Source: Ylistrum balloti (taxonomy: Eukaryota). Taken from it: DNA of 64,000 nt. The stretch covers positions 620,001 through 684,000 of the forward strand of contig NW_026782217.1 of assembly GCF_031769215.1 (NCBI RefSeq), read 5' to 3'. Under the pieces are notes generated by a model. The model searched no databases, was not told the origin of the DNA, and was given only the letters and a program-made list of their open reading frames with translations. Shown one piece after another: positions 36,100 through 50,099 of this stretch; the first letter of the stretch is position 1; every line of letters begins with the position of its first letter. Both the position numbers and the translations under genes were made by a program.

Positions 36100-36620
36100 A
36101 GCAAAGTGGTTTGGCAACCTGCAGGTGTGTTCAAATAATGATTTTAAGCTTATGTCATGGCACAGTGTTGGTTGCCCCATCCTTAATCCAGTATACTCCA
36201 ACTTGTTACTACTTTTCATGAACAAATGAACAGATTTTGACCAAATTTGGTCAAAAGCATCCTTGGTAGAATGAAAAAAAAAGATTTGTAAAAATATTGG
36301 TTCTTGAAAGAGAAAAAGAAAATGAGGAAATTCTTTGAAATCTTGTGCAGAAATATCGGGATCCCGATTCAATCATAAGCATACTCTGGTGAAGGGAATT
36401 AATTTTGTATAAATGCTGGATCTCAGCCCTCTGGGAGGCGCGATGCAAAATAGTGGAAATAGAGAAAATTCTCTAAAATCCTTTCTTTATGAGAATACAT
36501 TGATTCTGTTCGATTTGGTCTGAAGCATACCTATAATTGAATGAAACCTAATTCTGTATCAATCAGTCTGACATCAGAGATGTGGGGCTCAATAGGGAAA
36601 ATGTTCTCATATAGAGCCTC
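36100..36620. mobile_element. Degenerate HINE-like internal repeats (Cg170-like)
   Basis: CAAATTTGGTCAAAAGCATCCTTGG and related decayed copies at about 160-170-bp spacing resemble oyster Cg170-type monomers. Recognised by eye only. Confidence 0.4.
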
Positions 36621-36837
36621 CTTCCAGACAAGTTTTTTTTATTTCTTTTATAATTTTTTAAATATTTTGACAAAATTTGACAATTCACTTGCACGCCAGA
36701 CAACACCACACTCAAACACATACAGAGTACATACACACACATTCACATACAGAGTACACACACACACACATACACAGACACACAACAATATCTAAGGGTC
36801 TGATATCATCGTCACTCTACAGTACATTCTTCATTTC

Positions 36838-37180
36838 ACTATCATCATCATGAACATCATCATCATCACCCTCCAACATCATCATCATCTTAAAATATCA
36901 TCATCACCCTCCAACATCATCATCATCTTAAAATATCATCATCACCCTCCAACATCATCATCATCTTAAAATATCATCATCACCCTCCAACATCATCATC
37001 ATCTTAAAATATCATCATCACCCTCCAACATCATCATCATCTTAAAATATCATCATCACCCTCCAACATCATCATCATCTTAAAATATCATCATCACCCT
37101 CCAACATCATCATCATCTTAAAATATCATCATCACCCTCCAACATCATCATCATCTTAAAATATCATCATCACCCTCCAA

Positions 37181-37221
<41 letters not shown>

Positions 37222-37267
37222 CCCTCCAACATCATCATCATCTTAAAATATCATCATCACCCTCCAA

Positions 37268-37299
<32 letters not shown>

Positions 37300-37424
37300 C
37301 CCTCCAACATCATCATCATCTTAAAATATCATCATCACCCTCCAACATCATCATCATCTTAAAATATCATCATCACCCTCCAACATCATCATCATCATCT
37401 TAAAATATCATCATCATCCTCCAA

Positions 37425-37463
<39 letters not shown>

Positions 37464-37580
37464 ACATCATCATCATCATCATCATCATCCAACATCATCA
37501 TCATCTTAAAATATCATCATCACCCTCCAACATCATCATCATCATCTTAAAATATCATCATCATCCTCCAACATCATGTT

Positions 37581-37646
<66 letters not shown>
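36838..37646. repeat. (CAT)n-derived 38-bp minisatellite grading into pure (CAT)n
   Basis: ATCATCATCACCCTCCAACATCATCATCATCTTAAAAT repeated; pure CAT run at the right end. Confidence 0.96.
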
Positions 37647-37648
<2 letters not shown>

Positions 37649-37683
37649 GATTATTGTATTTCATCATCCCATGCGGGATATAG

Positions 37684-38440
37684 TCAAACTTTATATATAA
37701 ATGTAGCTATTGATGTTATAAACATACTGTATTATAGGTACAGATATGATGAATACACTCAAACTTTATATATAAATGTAGCTATTGATGTTATAAACAT
37801 ACTACATTATAGGTACAGATGTGATGAATACACTCAAACTTTATATATAAATGTAGCTATTGATGTTATAAACATACTACATTATAGGTACAGATGTGAT
37901 GAATACACTCAAACTTTATATATAAATGTAGCTATTGATGTTATAAACATACTACATTATAGGTACAGATGTGATGAATACACTCAAACTTTATATATAA
38001 ATGTAGCTATTGATGTTATAAACATACTACATTATAGGTACAGATATGATGAATACACTCAAACTTTATATATAAATGTAGCTATTGATGTTATAAACAT
38101 ACTACATTATAGGTACAGATATGATGAATACACTCAAACTTTATATATAAATGTAGCTATCGATGTTATAAACATACTACATTATAGGTACAGATGTGAT
38201 GAATACACTCAAACTTTATATATAAATGTAGCTATTGATGTTATAAACATACTGCATTATAGGTACAGATGTGATGAATACACTCAAACTTTATATATAA
38301 ATGTAGCTATTGATGTTATAAACATACTACATTATAGGTACAGATGTGATGAATACACTCAAACTTTATATATAAATGTAGCTATTGATGTTATAAACAT
38401 ACTACATTATAGGTACAGATGTGATGAATACACTCCAACT
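37684..38440. repeat. AT-rich minisatellite, 75-bp unit, about 10 copies
   Basis: GAATACACTC recurs at 37751, 37826 and so on. Confidence 0.97.
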
Positions 38441-39099
38441 TGCTCACGTACGCAATCATTCTTCAACATGTCCCTGATTAAACAAGGCAGAAAATAGATA
38501 CACTCAAACCAAGCAGATAGCGGTGGCTATAAAAACTGGCTCAGCTCAAGCACATTACATTTACAGATATCATTGTCATTATGGAAAGAGGGGCAAGAGA
38601 GAGCGAAAGAGAGGAAAGGCGATGAGTAAAAAAGAGGAAAAGAGGAGGACAAACAAAGCTGGGAGGGTTCATTAAATACTGTCTATTTCTACAATCGTTC
38701 ATTTATAAGAAATAAAGAGAAAAATCAAACTATAGCAGTAATTATGGTGATGCCAAGGTCAATGGGGAAAGAAGCTCAAAGTGTATTTTATGATTCCAAA
38801 ATAGGTCTCCATTTTTTCCAGTTGTTTTTGAAATTCCTTTTTATGTTACAATTTTTGCCAGAAAATATTTTCATTGTTTCTAATTCTTCCAAAACTTCAA
38901 CACATAAAAATATATGGGGCTACTGGGTCGCCTTGACGACAACCACGCTGAATGTTAATTGGCGTTGATTGGTTAACCCCTGATTAACCACTGAATAAAC
39001 ATTAGTATACAAAATTTTCACCCACTTCCTAATATCCAAACCAAAGTTAAACTCAGAACATTATCAATAAAATGCCAAGAAACTGAATCAAATGCATTT

Positions 39100-41192
39100 A
39101 CAAATTACACCATTAGCAGCACTCCTGGAATATTCAAATCTTCTGCATAACGCATTACATCATAAAGAGTACGAATGTTTTCCCCGATATAATGCCCAGA
39201 CAAAAATCCTGTCTGATCTTCATTAATAAGTTTCCCTAAAACTGACTTTAATCTATAAGAAATTATTCCTGATGCTATTTCATATGTAAAGTTCAAAAAT
39301 GAAATAAGTCTCCAATTTTTTAAGAAATGAAGAGGCTTATCTCCCTTAGGTATGCAAGTTATCACACCTTGTCTCGGAGTGGTTGAAAGTTGACCTATTG
39401 AGAAACTGTAATTGATGGAATGCACCACAAAAATACTTAGGAATTTCCAAAAAGTTTCATAAAATTCTGAAGTAAAGCCATCCGAAACTTGATTCTTGTT
39501 ATTTTTCATATCTTTCAATACCCTTCCAGCCTCCTAAAATGTAATTACACCTAAATTAACTTATAAACAGTACAGTGATGGAGATGTTGATCCAAATCAA
39601 TAAAGTTAACTTATTTAAATTTGTGCAAGTTTTCATAGAATAATTTAACTTCTTTTAAATTGTTATCTTGATTTGTAATCATATCACCGTTATCCTTCTA
39701 GATTTTCGGAATAATTTTGGAAGTAAAATCTAATTCTTCCTGGTCAGAATCTATATTGCCTTCTAAAATTTCGATAGATTTCTTTAAATTTTCTTCTTTA
39801 AGGTTCTGTTGCATTTTTCTATGAGATGCATATCCTATTGACTTGCCTCTTATTTCCATTACTAAAGTCTCCGAAAACAACTGATCATTAATTAAGAACT
39901 AAATTTCTGTATCAGGTATAAATACAATAGAATTAAGGTTATACACTGGCAGGCAATAATGTATTTCTGTATCAGGTATAAATACAATAGAATTAAGGTT
40001 ATATACTGGCAGGCAATAATGTATTTCTGTATCAGGTATAAATACAATAGAATTAAGGTTATACACTGGCAGGCAATAATGTATTTCTGTATCAGGTATA
40101 AATACAATAGAATTAAGGTTATATACTGGCAGGCAATAATGTATTTCTGTATCAGGTATAAATACAATAGAATTAAGGTTATATACTGGCAGGCAATAAT
40201 GTATTTCTGTATCAGGTATAAATACAATAGAATTAAGGTTATATACTGGCAGGCAATAATGTATTTCTGTATCAGGTATAAATACAATAGAATTAAGGTT
40301 ATACACTGGCAGGCAATAATGTATTTCTGTATCAGGTATAAATACAATAGAATTAAGGTTATATACTGGCAGGCAATAATGTATTTCTGTATCAGGTATA
40401 AATACAATAGAATTAAGGTTACAGGCAATAGTGTATTTCTGTATCAGGTATAAATACAATAGAATTAAGGTTATACACTGGCAGGCAATAATGTATTTCT
40501 GTATCAGGTATAAATACAATAGAATTAAGGTTATATACTGGCAGGCAATAATGTATTTCTGTATCAGGTATAAATACAATAGAATTAAGGTTATAGGCAA
40601 TAATGTATTTCTGTATCAGGTATAAATACAATAGAATTAAGGTTATACACTGGCAGGCAATAATGTATTTCTGTATCAGGTATAAATACAATAGAATTAA
40701 GGTTATAGGCAATAATGTATTTCTGTATCAGGTATAAATACAATAGAATTAAGGTTATACACTGGCAGGCAATAATGTATTTCTGTATCAGGTATAAATA
40801 CAATAGAATTAAGGTTATACACTGGCAGGCAATAATGTAATTTTATATCTTCTATACATTTCTTAACTATGTCTAAATAATCAAGTTCAACTAATAAGGA
40901 GTTATTAAACTTCCAGAGACTTCTTCCTCTTCTAAATTCATTTAATTTCAAAGCAATCACTGTGGCATAATGATCAGATCTATAACTCGGTTAAATGAAT
41001 GACTTTCTTGTGCTAGATAATAAACAACCTGAAGTGAGAAAAAGGTCTAAACTAGCCTGTTTAAGTGGATTTTTTCTTCGCCAAGTATATCTCTTGATAT
41101 CTGGATGGAGTTCTCTAAAAATATCAATAAGATTGTATGCCTCACTGACTTTTAACACCTTCTCCCGAGTAGATGCATTATTGATATTGTTG
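39100..41192 (-). mobile_element. Degraded L1/Tx1-clade LINE ORF2 fragment (APE C-terminus, linker, start of RT)
   Basis: Minus-strand translation shows LIDIFRELHP..YTWRRKNP..SYRSDH (APE), WKFNNSLL, DQLF.ETL.MEIRGKSI, then MKNNK...DGFTSEFY...QGVITCIPKGDKP...LKNWRLIS.LN...DQTGFLSGHYIGENIR. Contains stops and frameshifts. Confidence 0.88.
39901..40839. repeat. Minisatellite, 60-bp unit (52-bp variant), about 16 copies, within LINE ORF2
   Basis: TTTCTGTATCAGGTATAAATACAATAGAATTAAGGTTATACACTGGCAGGCAATAATGTA repeated; the minus strand reads HYCLPVYNLNSIVFIPDTEI. Confidence 0.97.
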
Positions 41193-41194
41193 TA

Positions 41195-42043
41195 GTTGTA
41201 AGAGATAAATTGCTTGGGGTCATCATCGATAATTCCTTAACATGGTCAGATCACATTTCGTCAATATTGGGCAAAATAAGGCAAAAGCTAGGCTTGTTGC
41301 ATCATATTAGTCCATATTTACCCATGGAAGGAAAACTGAATTTTTTTCAGGCATGTATTTTCCCACATTTTGTGTATTGCAGCACTGTGTAGTCAGGTTG
41401 TTCAGGAAATTTAATGGGCAAGCTTTTGAAAACTCAGAAACAAGCTGCCTGAATGATTCTCGATGTACCATTTCATACCCCTTCCAAAGACATGTTTGAA
41501 GTTTTACAGTGGATACCTATTGATAGATACTTGAAGTTTAGAAGATTATGTATGAAGATGTCCCAGACTACTTATCTAGCAATGTCTCATTAGTTAGAAA
41601 TAGTCACAATAGAATTACAAGATATGCCTGTGATAACAACTTTTTAGTTCCAAAACACAGAACTGTTTTTTACTCAAACTATTTTTTGATATCGAGTATC
41701 AAAGATTGGAATCTTTTACCTCTTGAACTTAAGGGGATCAATTGTTTTACTACTTTTAAAAGACTACTAGTCAAACTTTTACTTGATTTGTAGACAATTT
41801 TGCAAGATACTGCAGCTTTTTACTTTTTAGAGCAACCAAGTCTTTTATTTGTACACTGTATACTTTTCAATCATGTATGTAATCATGTAATTTTTATCCA
41901 ACAGATGAAGTATATTGTTTACTCATACATGTTGTTTTTACTGACCCATTGATATGTACTTTTACTAACAAGAGGACCATGTGTTAGATAAGCCTTTGGC
42001 TTAACATGTATTTATCCTCTGAAAATAAAGATTATTATTATTA
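41195..42043 (+). mobile_element. 5'-truncated CR1/L2-type LINE 3' end
   Basis: KLLGVIIDNSLTWSDHI...IFPHFVYCSTV...VPDYLS...DWNLLP..LK RT-thumb-like sequence with stops; ends AATAAAG(ATT)n. Confidence 0.82.
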
Positions 42044-42205
42044 TAACATTTTTCTCTACAGTGACAATCCTGTAATGTCATCAAGACTTCACTTATCTAT
42101 GTCACAATACTATCATTGCACATGTGTTTTACGAAATTTATGACAAAGTGACATGGCATAACACAAAATGCCAGTGATAAAAACACTTAATCAGCTGTTA
42201 CTGAC

Positions 42206-42333
42206 CTTCTGACTGGGATCATTTGGTACGGAAATACCCCAGGACACTCGGTCACTGCTGCGAGTCACAGATAAGTCAGTCAGGTTTTCTAATGAGGATT
42301 GCACAACTTGTTTGAACTGAGGAGGTTGTATCA
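42206..42333 (-). CDS. MARS2: MARS2 coding exon 7
   Basis: TGTAG|TG; (V)IQPPQFKQVVQSSLENLTDLSVTRSSDRVSWGISVPNDPSQK. Donor AAG|GTCAGT. Confidence 0.93.
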
Positions 42334-42448
42334 CTACAGAAAAACAAATATTATTCCTAGCATTTTGAACCTTTATTAATATCTAAAGAAAACAATGTTT
42401 AATATCTTGTAATCTTTTACCCATTTCTACTGAGCTGTTGACAACACG

Positions 42449-42654
42449 AGTGTAAAATCATTCACTTTCCTTGAGGATTTATTTTCATTGACTTTGTGGG
42501 TACACTTAATCCACAAATTTATATGTTTTTGCAATGTTAAAATAAGTATGAGTAAACTTACTAAGCTGCATTTATTCTGAAAATCAAGTGTCCATGGAAA
42601 CGTGATTTTTTTAAAATGAAAATCAAGCCCCACAAAATTCTACGATTTTACAGT
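42449..42654. mobile_element. MITE-like element, same family as 9798-10010
   Basis: Both copies align by eye at the left end (TGTAAAATCATTCACTTTCCTTGAGGATTTATTTTCATTG) and right end (AAATCAAGTGTCCA...ATTTACAGTA). Confidence 0.5.
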
Positions 42655-42914
42655 ATTACCAGACCTGGGCTTGTGGCTTAATGAACAGGTAATTCACTTT
42701 GAGCTGATATCAAATTCATGGGCAGATATTGTTTCTTGTTTTTGTTCCAGATGTAATGATGACATCTAATAAGGAATTTTTCACAAGACATTCTAAAAAG
42801 CATTCAGACATCAATACAATGTATTCAAACATATTTGAATTTTTTTTCTAGATAATTCTGTTAGGTAAATGATTTTTATTTAAAAGAGAGAAACTGGCCC
42901 ATTTAAGGTTCTAC

Positions 42915-43020
42915 CTTCTGTATCTATCCACTGCTGGAGCTGAGGCTTGAACTGCGACAGTCTGAACTTGTAATTCTCTTCCTCCATCCACACCACAGGA
43001 TGACCACTCTCCGCAGAGAC
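42915..43020 (-). CDS. MARS2: MARS2 coding exon 6
   Basis: CAG|GTC; [35 protein letters not shown]. Donor G|GTAGAA. Confidence 0.93.
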
Positions 43021-43351
43021 CTGTCAATCACACATGGACATTTTCTATAACACAAAAAGAGTGGTTCAACTCACAGATTCTTTGCATCAAGTATGACCAA
43101 ACTCTCTCCCTTCATTCATCTAATGGCTTCTGTACCTAGAGTTAGCTATTCACTTTAACAATATACAATTCCTTCAGCTCTTGTACACTGAAGAAGGCTA
43201 ATCTATCCAAAATCATTGATATCATATTCACATCCAAATACCACTGTTGATCAAATCCTTCATAAAAAATCTAACAAATTAAATTTGACTTGTCCATAAT
43301 TCATTGTTCACACTAAACATGGTATGTTTATTCTTTACTACTCAAGATTTA

Positions 43352-43612
43352 TTTTCATGCTCCCTGAAGGGAGAGTATACAGTTGCTGCTTTGTCTGTCC
43401 ATTTGTTCATCCATTTGTCTGTTCATCATATTTTTTCCAGAGCATATCACAAAAACTTTTAGAGGTATCAACATGAAACTTCATAGGTAGATAAATCTCA
43501 ATAAGAGGCAGTGCTGTGTACAAGAATCATAACTCTCTTTTGCATAAATAGTCCTTTTGGAACAACCATTTATTTGGGGAACATCTATCAGGTCTACCGA
43601 TTCTCTTGTTTT
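43352..43612 (-). mobile_element. HINE-like non-autonomous element
   Basis: TTTTCATGCTCCCTGAAGGG end, decayed GTCC/GTCT microsatellite, ATGAAACTTCATAGG core and CTCTTGTTT end. Confidence 0.45.
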
Positions 43613-44001
43613 AGACTTTACTAAGTAACCTTCCTTTCATACATCGTTCAAACTTGTATTCATTGTAATATGCATCTCTTCTTCTACTGGAAACTTAGAT
43701 CAAATGTTACCTCTGGCCATTCAAAACTGAATGATAATTGCTTCAATATGATAAAGTTTAGTTAAGATACTATGAACTAAATATGAATCAAAGATATTGA
43801 AACATTTGCAAAATATGACATTTTTCTGAATAGGATGCCACAAAATGTGACAGAATGACAGAATGAAGAGACATGTGAAACAATATATGCCTCTTCCTCT
43901 ATCAAAACGGCATTAAATGTCACAGGACGAACACGTAAATCAGAATGTGTAAGTTCACACTCTGTACACAAAAGCAAAGGAACCATCACTCTTTTTTTTA
44001 C

Positions 44002-44130
44002 CTTCTGTGTTTCTCCTGACTTTGTTGTAACGTCAACTACATCATTATCAGAAACAAAAGCTTCGTCAGAAATAGAATACCATCCCTTGTATAAATCCTT
44101 GTAGATGAATCCTTTCTCATCAAGTACATT
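44002..44130 (-). CDS. MARS2: MARS2 coding exon 5
   Basis: TTTTAG|AAT; NVLDEKGFIYKDLYKGWYSISDEAFVSDNDVVDVTTKSGETQK. Donor AAG|GTAAAA. Confidence 0.92.
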
Positions 44131-44655
44131 CTAAAACCAGAAAACATTGAAGTTATCAGCAAAGTGATGTTGATATTTAGTCAGTTATGACTGTGCAATA
44201 GAGAAGTTTGATTCATAATTCAGTTGTACTGTATCTTCGTATCTAAATTTGCATTGAAAAGCGGTATGATTCTCTAGAGTGTGTTTTGTAAAATCCCTTA
44301 AGCAAGTATTTCTAGCGAGGACACTTTTAGAGAAGTTTATGTAATGAACACACAATAGTTTTATACCCGTTTCAGTAGACAAAGTGTTTTCTTATGCTGA
44401 TTTGGAATGGGACATTTAAGTCTCATTTAGGGGAGAAAATTGGCGAATTGACAAACAAATTTTCAGTAACAAACTTCAAATTCAAGGAATTGTTCCTGAA
44501 AATCAAAAATGTCATCTGGAAATGGGGCCAATAATTGACAAAAATATAAAAAAAAAGTCTTCACAGTGGCCCTCAAATAATGCATTTTACCAAAACTCAA
44601 AATGGCAAAAAATATCAGAAAAGTTTGTAGATTGCAAATGTTGAGATAGTTTTAC

Positions 44656-44742
44656 CCATAACTGATGTACAGCCTTCACATGACTTTCATCCGTTGTACG
44701 AACAAAGGTGGAGAAGTTTATATCACTCTTCTTAAACAGGTC
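44656..44742 (-). CDS. MARS2: MARS2 coding exon 4
   Basis: CTAG|GAC; DLFKKSDINFSTFVRTTDESHVKAVHQLW (FxRTT motif). Donor TGG|GTAAAA. Confidence 0.9.
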
Positions 44743-45029
44743 CTAGGGTAAAAAAGAGAAGGTCAATATCTAGATATGAAAGGCTTTCTTGAACCCTACT
44801 GGATGTCAAGTTTATCCTCAGTCCAGATATGTTATAGAAGGTCTTTATTTATCACATTTAAATGTTGAGAAAACCACAACTTCGGTCAATAATTTGGCAA
44901 AAATTGCTCTTCAGGATTATGTAATTTCATTTTTAGAGGGGAAGTTTGAAATATGGCAAGCAGAATCAGGGCCATTCATCTTTACTTCAAAACAAGATGA
45001 CCCCTCTACTCAAAGGTGTTGACTTTAAC

Positions 45030-45101
45030 CTTAAACTTGTCGGAGACCTCATCACAGAAAACTTTGGGTGCCACACCAGCCTTCTCAGCTGCTTGTTGAA
45101 C
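45030..45101 (-). CDS. MARS2: MARS2 coding exon 3
   Basis: TAG|GTT; VQQAAEKAGVAPKVFCDEVSDKFK. Donor AAG|GTTAAA. Confidence 0.9.
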
Positions 45102-45886
45102 CTAAACAAGGCAAAAATATGATAAGAGGTACAAAATAAGTAGGTGTAGGTTTTCAGCTAAAAACCTGTACATGAGCTGCACCAGTGTTACAGAATGTCA
45201 GCACATGAAGACTGCAGTTAATTGATATCAAACACATTCTAATAATAGCTTTCATATATAATTGTACAAAATTTGTATAAAAAGTTACATCTTGCATTTA
45301 CATTTTACAATCTGTTTGGAGAAATGAACTACCATGTCATTCTATGCAAAAAAATCAACTCTCTAAGTGTTCCCCTATAGGAATTTGACAAGTTAACTTT
45401 TCCTTTGAATCATCAAAATGACAATGATTTTACATGCCTTATTATAATACATCACTAAATGCAAAGTAAATGTCTGGCATCTTAATACTTCACTCCTTTG
45501 AGTTCAGAGATGAGGTATCTCAACACCTGGGACAAGATTCTTCAGTTGCCCAACAGTTAAGGCATCAAATTTCTAGTGCGGGTATGGTATCAGACAGATT
45601 GGACAAGAGAATATTTCACTCCTTTTGTGGTCAAAGATGAATGACCACAACCTAAAGGGCAAACTTCTTAAGTTGCCTTACATTAGGCTTGTCAAGTGTT
45701 GCAGTATTAAGCTGTCAATTCAAGTTTGGCAACTTAATATTTGTCCTCATTTTGAGTTTCAAAAAAGAACCAGCCACCACAATTAAGTTGCAGTAAACTT
45801 ATTACAGTACAATTAGGACACTTATGGCCAAATAGCTCACTCCAATTCTCAGCAACATACATGTATCTTTAAATAGTCAAAGATTA

Positions 45887-47088
<1,202 letters not shown>

Positions 47089-47491
47089 TATTAAGTAAGA
47101 TATAAGATTGCTTAACTCCACGACACTCATCTCTTGTTGCAACAATTACATACGAGAAAGACTTGTAAAGATATGTTGCTATTTGGGTGCTTAGAAAGAA
47201 ATAAGGAAAAGGATTTTTTTGTTCTATAATATGTATCCTGTAAACTACGATAAATTCAATAGATATCCTACAGTATATATGTATTTCTTATTTTATTTTT
47301 CATTCCAAGTATCCATACTTTAAACAATAAAAACAGAGTTCATGTCTCTGAATCAGGGGACTTAACTCATTTTGACAATAGATACTATATATGGCTAGAC
47401 TACACCAACGTGAATTCAGCACAAATAATGCAGTAGATTGTAGAGTGTCTGAACGTTCAATTTAAGTGTTTTCGTTACATTTTATACGTAC

Positions 47492-47720
47492 ATGCATTGA
47501 CATAGAATATCGGAGTAGACACATAAAATGCAGCTTTCTGCGGTCGACTTTCCTGTGAAGATGTGGGAGTTGATATAAACGACGTCGTCTGCAGCCATCT
47601 CTCCACAAAAACTTTCTGTCGTCTTTTCAGAAACACACGTGCGTACGCACGCCATAAGTTTACAGATCTATACGTGAATACTTTAGACAGTTCTGTCAGA
47701 GGTCTTACGGCTAGCATCAT
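47492..47720 (-). CDS. MARS2: Mitochondrial methionyl-tRNA synthetase, coding exon 1 of 12
   Basis: MMLAVRPL...: Arg-rich, acid-poor presequence, then FYVSTPIFYVNA. Donor T|GTACGT. The start codon is inferred because the frame is open further upstream. Confidence 0.85.
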
Positions 47721-48481
47721 GAAAGGCAAACGTGGTTTTCCAAAAATAACTCGAGTGATACTAACTACCGTCAGATATAACTCGGATAACGCCAAGCACA
47801 GCCAGCAGTTATGAATGGGGAACCCTAAAAGCCCTGTGAATTCTGCAGACAAGACGAAAGCGACAACAGAACCAAAACTGGAATCGTGAAAAATAACATC
47901 CCTTTGCTGGTCAATGCATATAAGGAAAAATGATGGGTTCATTATGTAAACGGGTATTTCGGACGTTGATGATGGTGTAAAGAGATCATGGCAACTACCT
48001 CTGCTGATTTACAGTAAAAATGTTTTGGAGAAAAAGTAATCCATCACCCCTAACTTTGAAAAAATGACCATGCATAACTCGACAAAATCCATTTTTTCAT
48101 ACTTAAAATTTTCGTAGTTCCACCAATGTGACTCGAAGAATGTCCCGGCCAAGTATTATTGTTTTCCGGGTCGGCCCGAAATTCTAGTTGGCCACTATTG
48201 CAGACATCTGAAAATAACATTTTTAATTTCTTGTCCAGTTCCTCTGATGCTGTTGAGATAAAAAAAAAATACTAAAGTGAAGGGAAAAGAATGCCGAAAG
48301 TTCTACATAGCATTGAAGTCACAGCTACCATCTGTAAAATGCAATCATGATTTTCTTGAACAACCCACATTTCCAAATTCTTCTCAAGTTCTGCTTTAGA
48401 GGTTAAAAATATAATTGACATTTGTTGTGATTGATTCTGAAATGTTATCAATAAAAGTTGTTATTTTTGGATAGAAGAAGT

Positions 48482-48492
48482 CCGCCATCTTG
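48482..48492 (-). promoter_or_regulatory. YY1-like motif (CAAGATGGCGG), candidate marker of the MARS2 transcription start region
   Basis: Motif match about 770 bp upstream of the inferred ATG and in the expected orientation; motif evidence only. Confidence 0.3.
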
Positions 48493-48994
48493 AAACACCA
48501 TTTCTTACTCACTTACACCAGTGTCACTGAGCTGAAAATTAAAGAAAGGATATCGATAAAATAAAAAGGGGTGGGGGATGTTGACTTGGTTTAACCAATC
48601 CAATGTTCTGCGATCGATTTAAAACGACCAAAAGTATATTCAAGATACCTTCGAGCTCCGCATCATGCATGCCGAGCCGTGTTCCTTGTAACAGGATGCA
48701 AAATATTGATGGTTTCGCGGGCTTGACAGTTCATTAAGAAATTACGTGCTAGGATAATCCAAAATGTAATTCAGATTGACACAACCCTTTTTTCTGGTAC
48801 AATTTTTAACTTAATCTGGTCGAAAAAGAATGCATACAAAATTTCAGCATTTTCTATTGAATAGTTGTACAAATATAACACATTATTCTTTTATGTAAAC
48901 GTGTACATTGCCTCGGTTTGTTAATAACTATTGGACATATGTGGACCAAGAATTGCCTATATATACACAAACAATATGCATGTATACCAGAAGT

Positions 48995-49430
48995 TATTAA
49001 TAGAATGATCACAGACTTGACTCGATCCTGTAAATCCAGTGTGCTCCTGTGGACATCCTTGTGAGAATGCCTTTCACTTCTTCTTCGAGTGTCGAACTTT
49101 CAGAAATGAAAGACACATTTTGTTTCAAAATCTGGCTGAGTTAGAAGTAGATTTGAATTTAGAGCTTCTTTTATTTGGTAATAACGATCTTTCTGAGGAC
49201 CTAAACTATTTTGTCTTTACACATGTACAAAATTTCATTAAATCCAGCAAAAGGTTTTACAAGATTCTTATACGATGATGTATTTATGTCTGTGTGTGAA
49301 TGCTTAATATGTATAATTTATGTTTAAGCCTATCTCTTTATGGGAGAGGGATCCAATAAGTTGTAATAACTTGTGCCCAGTTCCCTTGTTCAAATTTATT
49401 TTGGCAATAAAATATGTTTAAACTAAACCT
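48995..49430 (+). mobile_element. CR1-type LINE 3' end fragment
   Basis: CSCGHPCENAFHFFFEC...LLLFGN...VQNFIKSSKRF C-terminal ORF2-like segment, followed by a 3' UTR ending AATAAAATATGTTTAAACTAAA. Confidence 0.72.
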
Positions 49431-50099
49431 GTAAATACTTATCACAGACACGAACTGCGTCCAATTACTTTTCTTCAAGTTTAAATGTTTTTTTCAGAGA
49501 TATCGGAATGTGTCAGATTTATTGCATAAAGGATTGTCAAACAAAATGAAACGTAAACAACGGATTCAAAAACGAATTTCTAAATTAAATTCTTTAAAGA
49601 TATATTGGAATGCGTCAGAGAATTATTAAGACAAATGGGATAATCAATATACTAAATCCATACCCTGTCAACTTCGTGTTCTTTAGAGCTACCCTTAACT
49701 ATATATAACTATAGTATCCATTGTACTTGGCAGACACAAGTACCTAGAGTATATAACGATACACCTGGGTGGTGTACATATACACCCAATCAATATTTTA
49801 AAACCACACGGCCCAACAAAACCACTATGTGATTCGGGTAGATATATATAAAACGCTAAAACACGGCGGTTAATTACTTTTCGGATTATGCGGTAAAGAT
49901 CGGCTTCTTATGCCGTAAATTTTCTATAGATTTCAAACCGAATACTGACTTCTAATTACGTCAGATTCTAAAGACAGGTGTAAAATTAAATGACCACGCG
50001 ATTTCTAACATGCGCTTTTCTATAGATTATTTATAAACTACCTGTAATGCACCACGTTTTAGTACTATCAGGATAGCTTTGTCAAGATAACATAGAGGA

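Noticed and set aside
26098-38440. Ribozyme cores in the 77-, 35-, 21- and 75-bp units, and isolated CTGA(N)GA hits elsewhere (for example about 50806 and 51640)
   Set aside because: No stem II plus GAAA plus UH arrangement around them.
39892-40803. Several 60-230-aa ORFs
   Set aside because: Products of the 60-bp array; only the HYCLPVYN frame has meaning, as decayed LINE ORF2.
47721-47942. In-frame 74-aa extension upstream of the MARS2 MML start
   Set aside because: Lacks presequence character and would give an oversized protein; treated as 5' UTR or intron pending 5' RACE.
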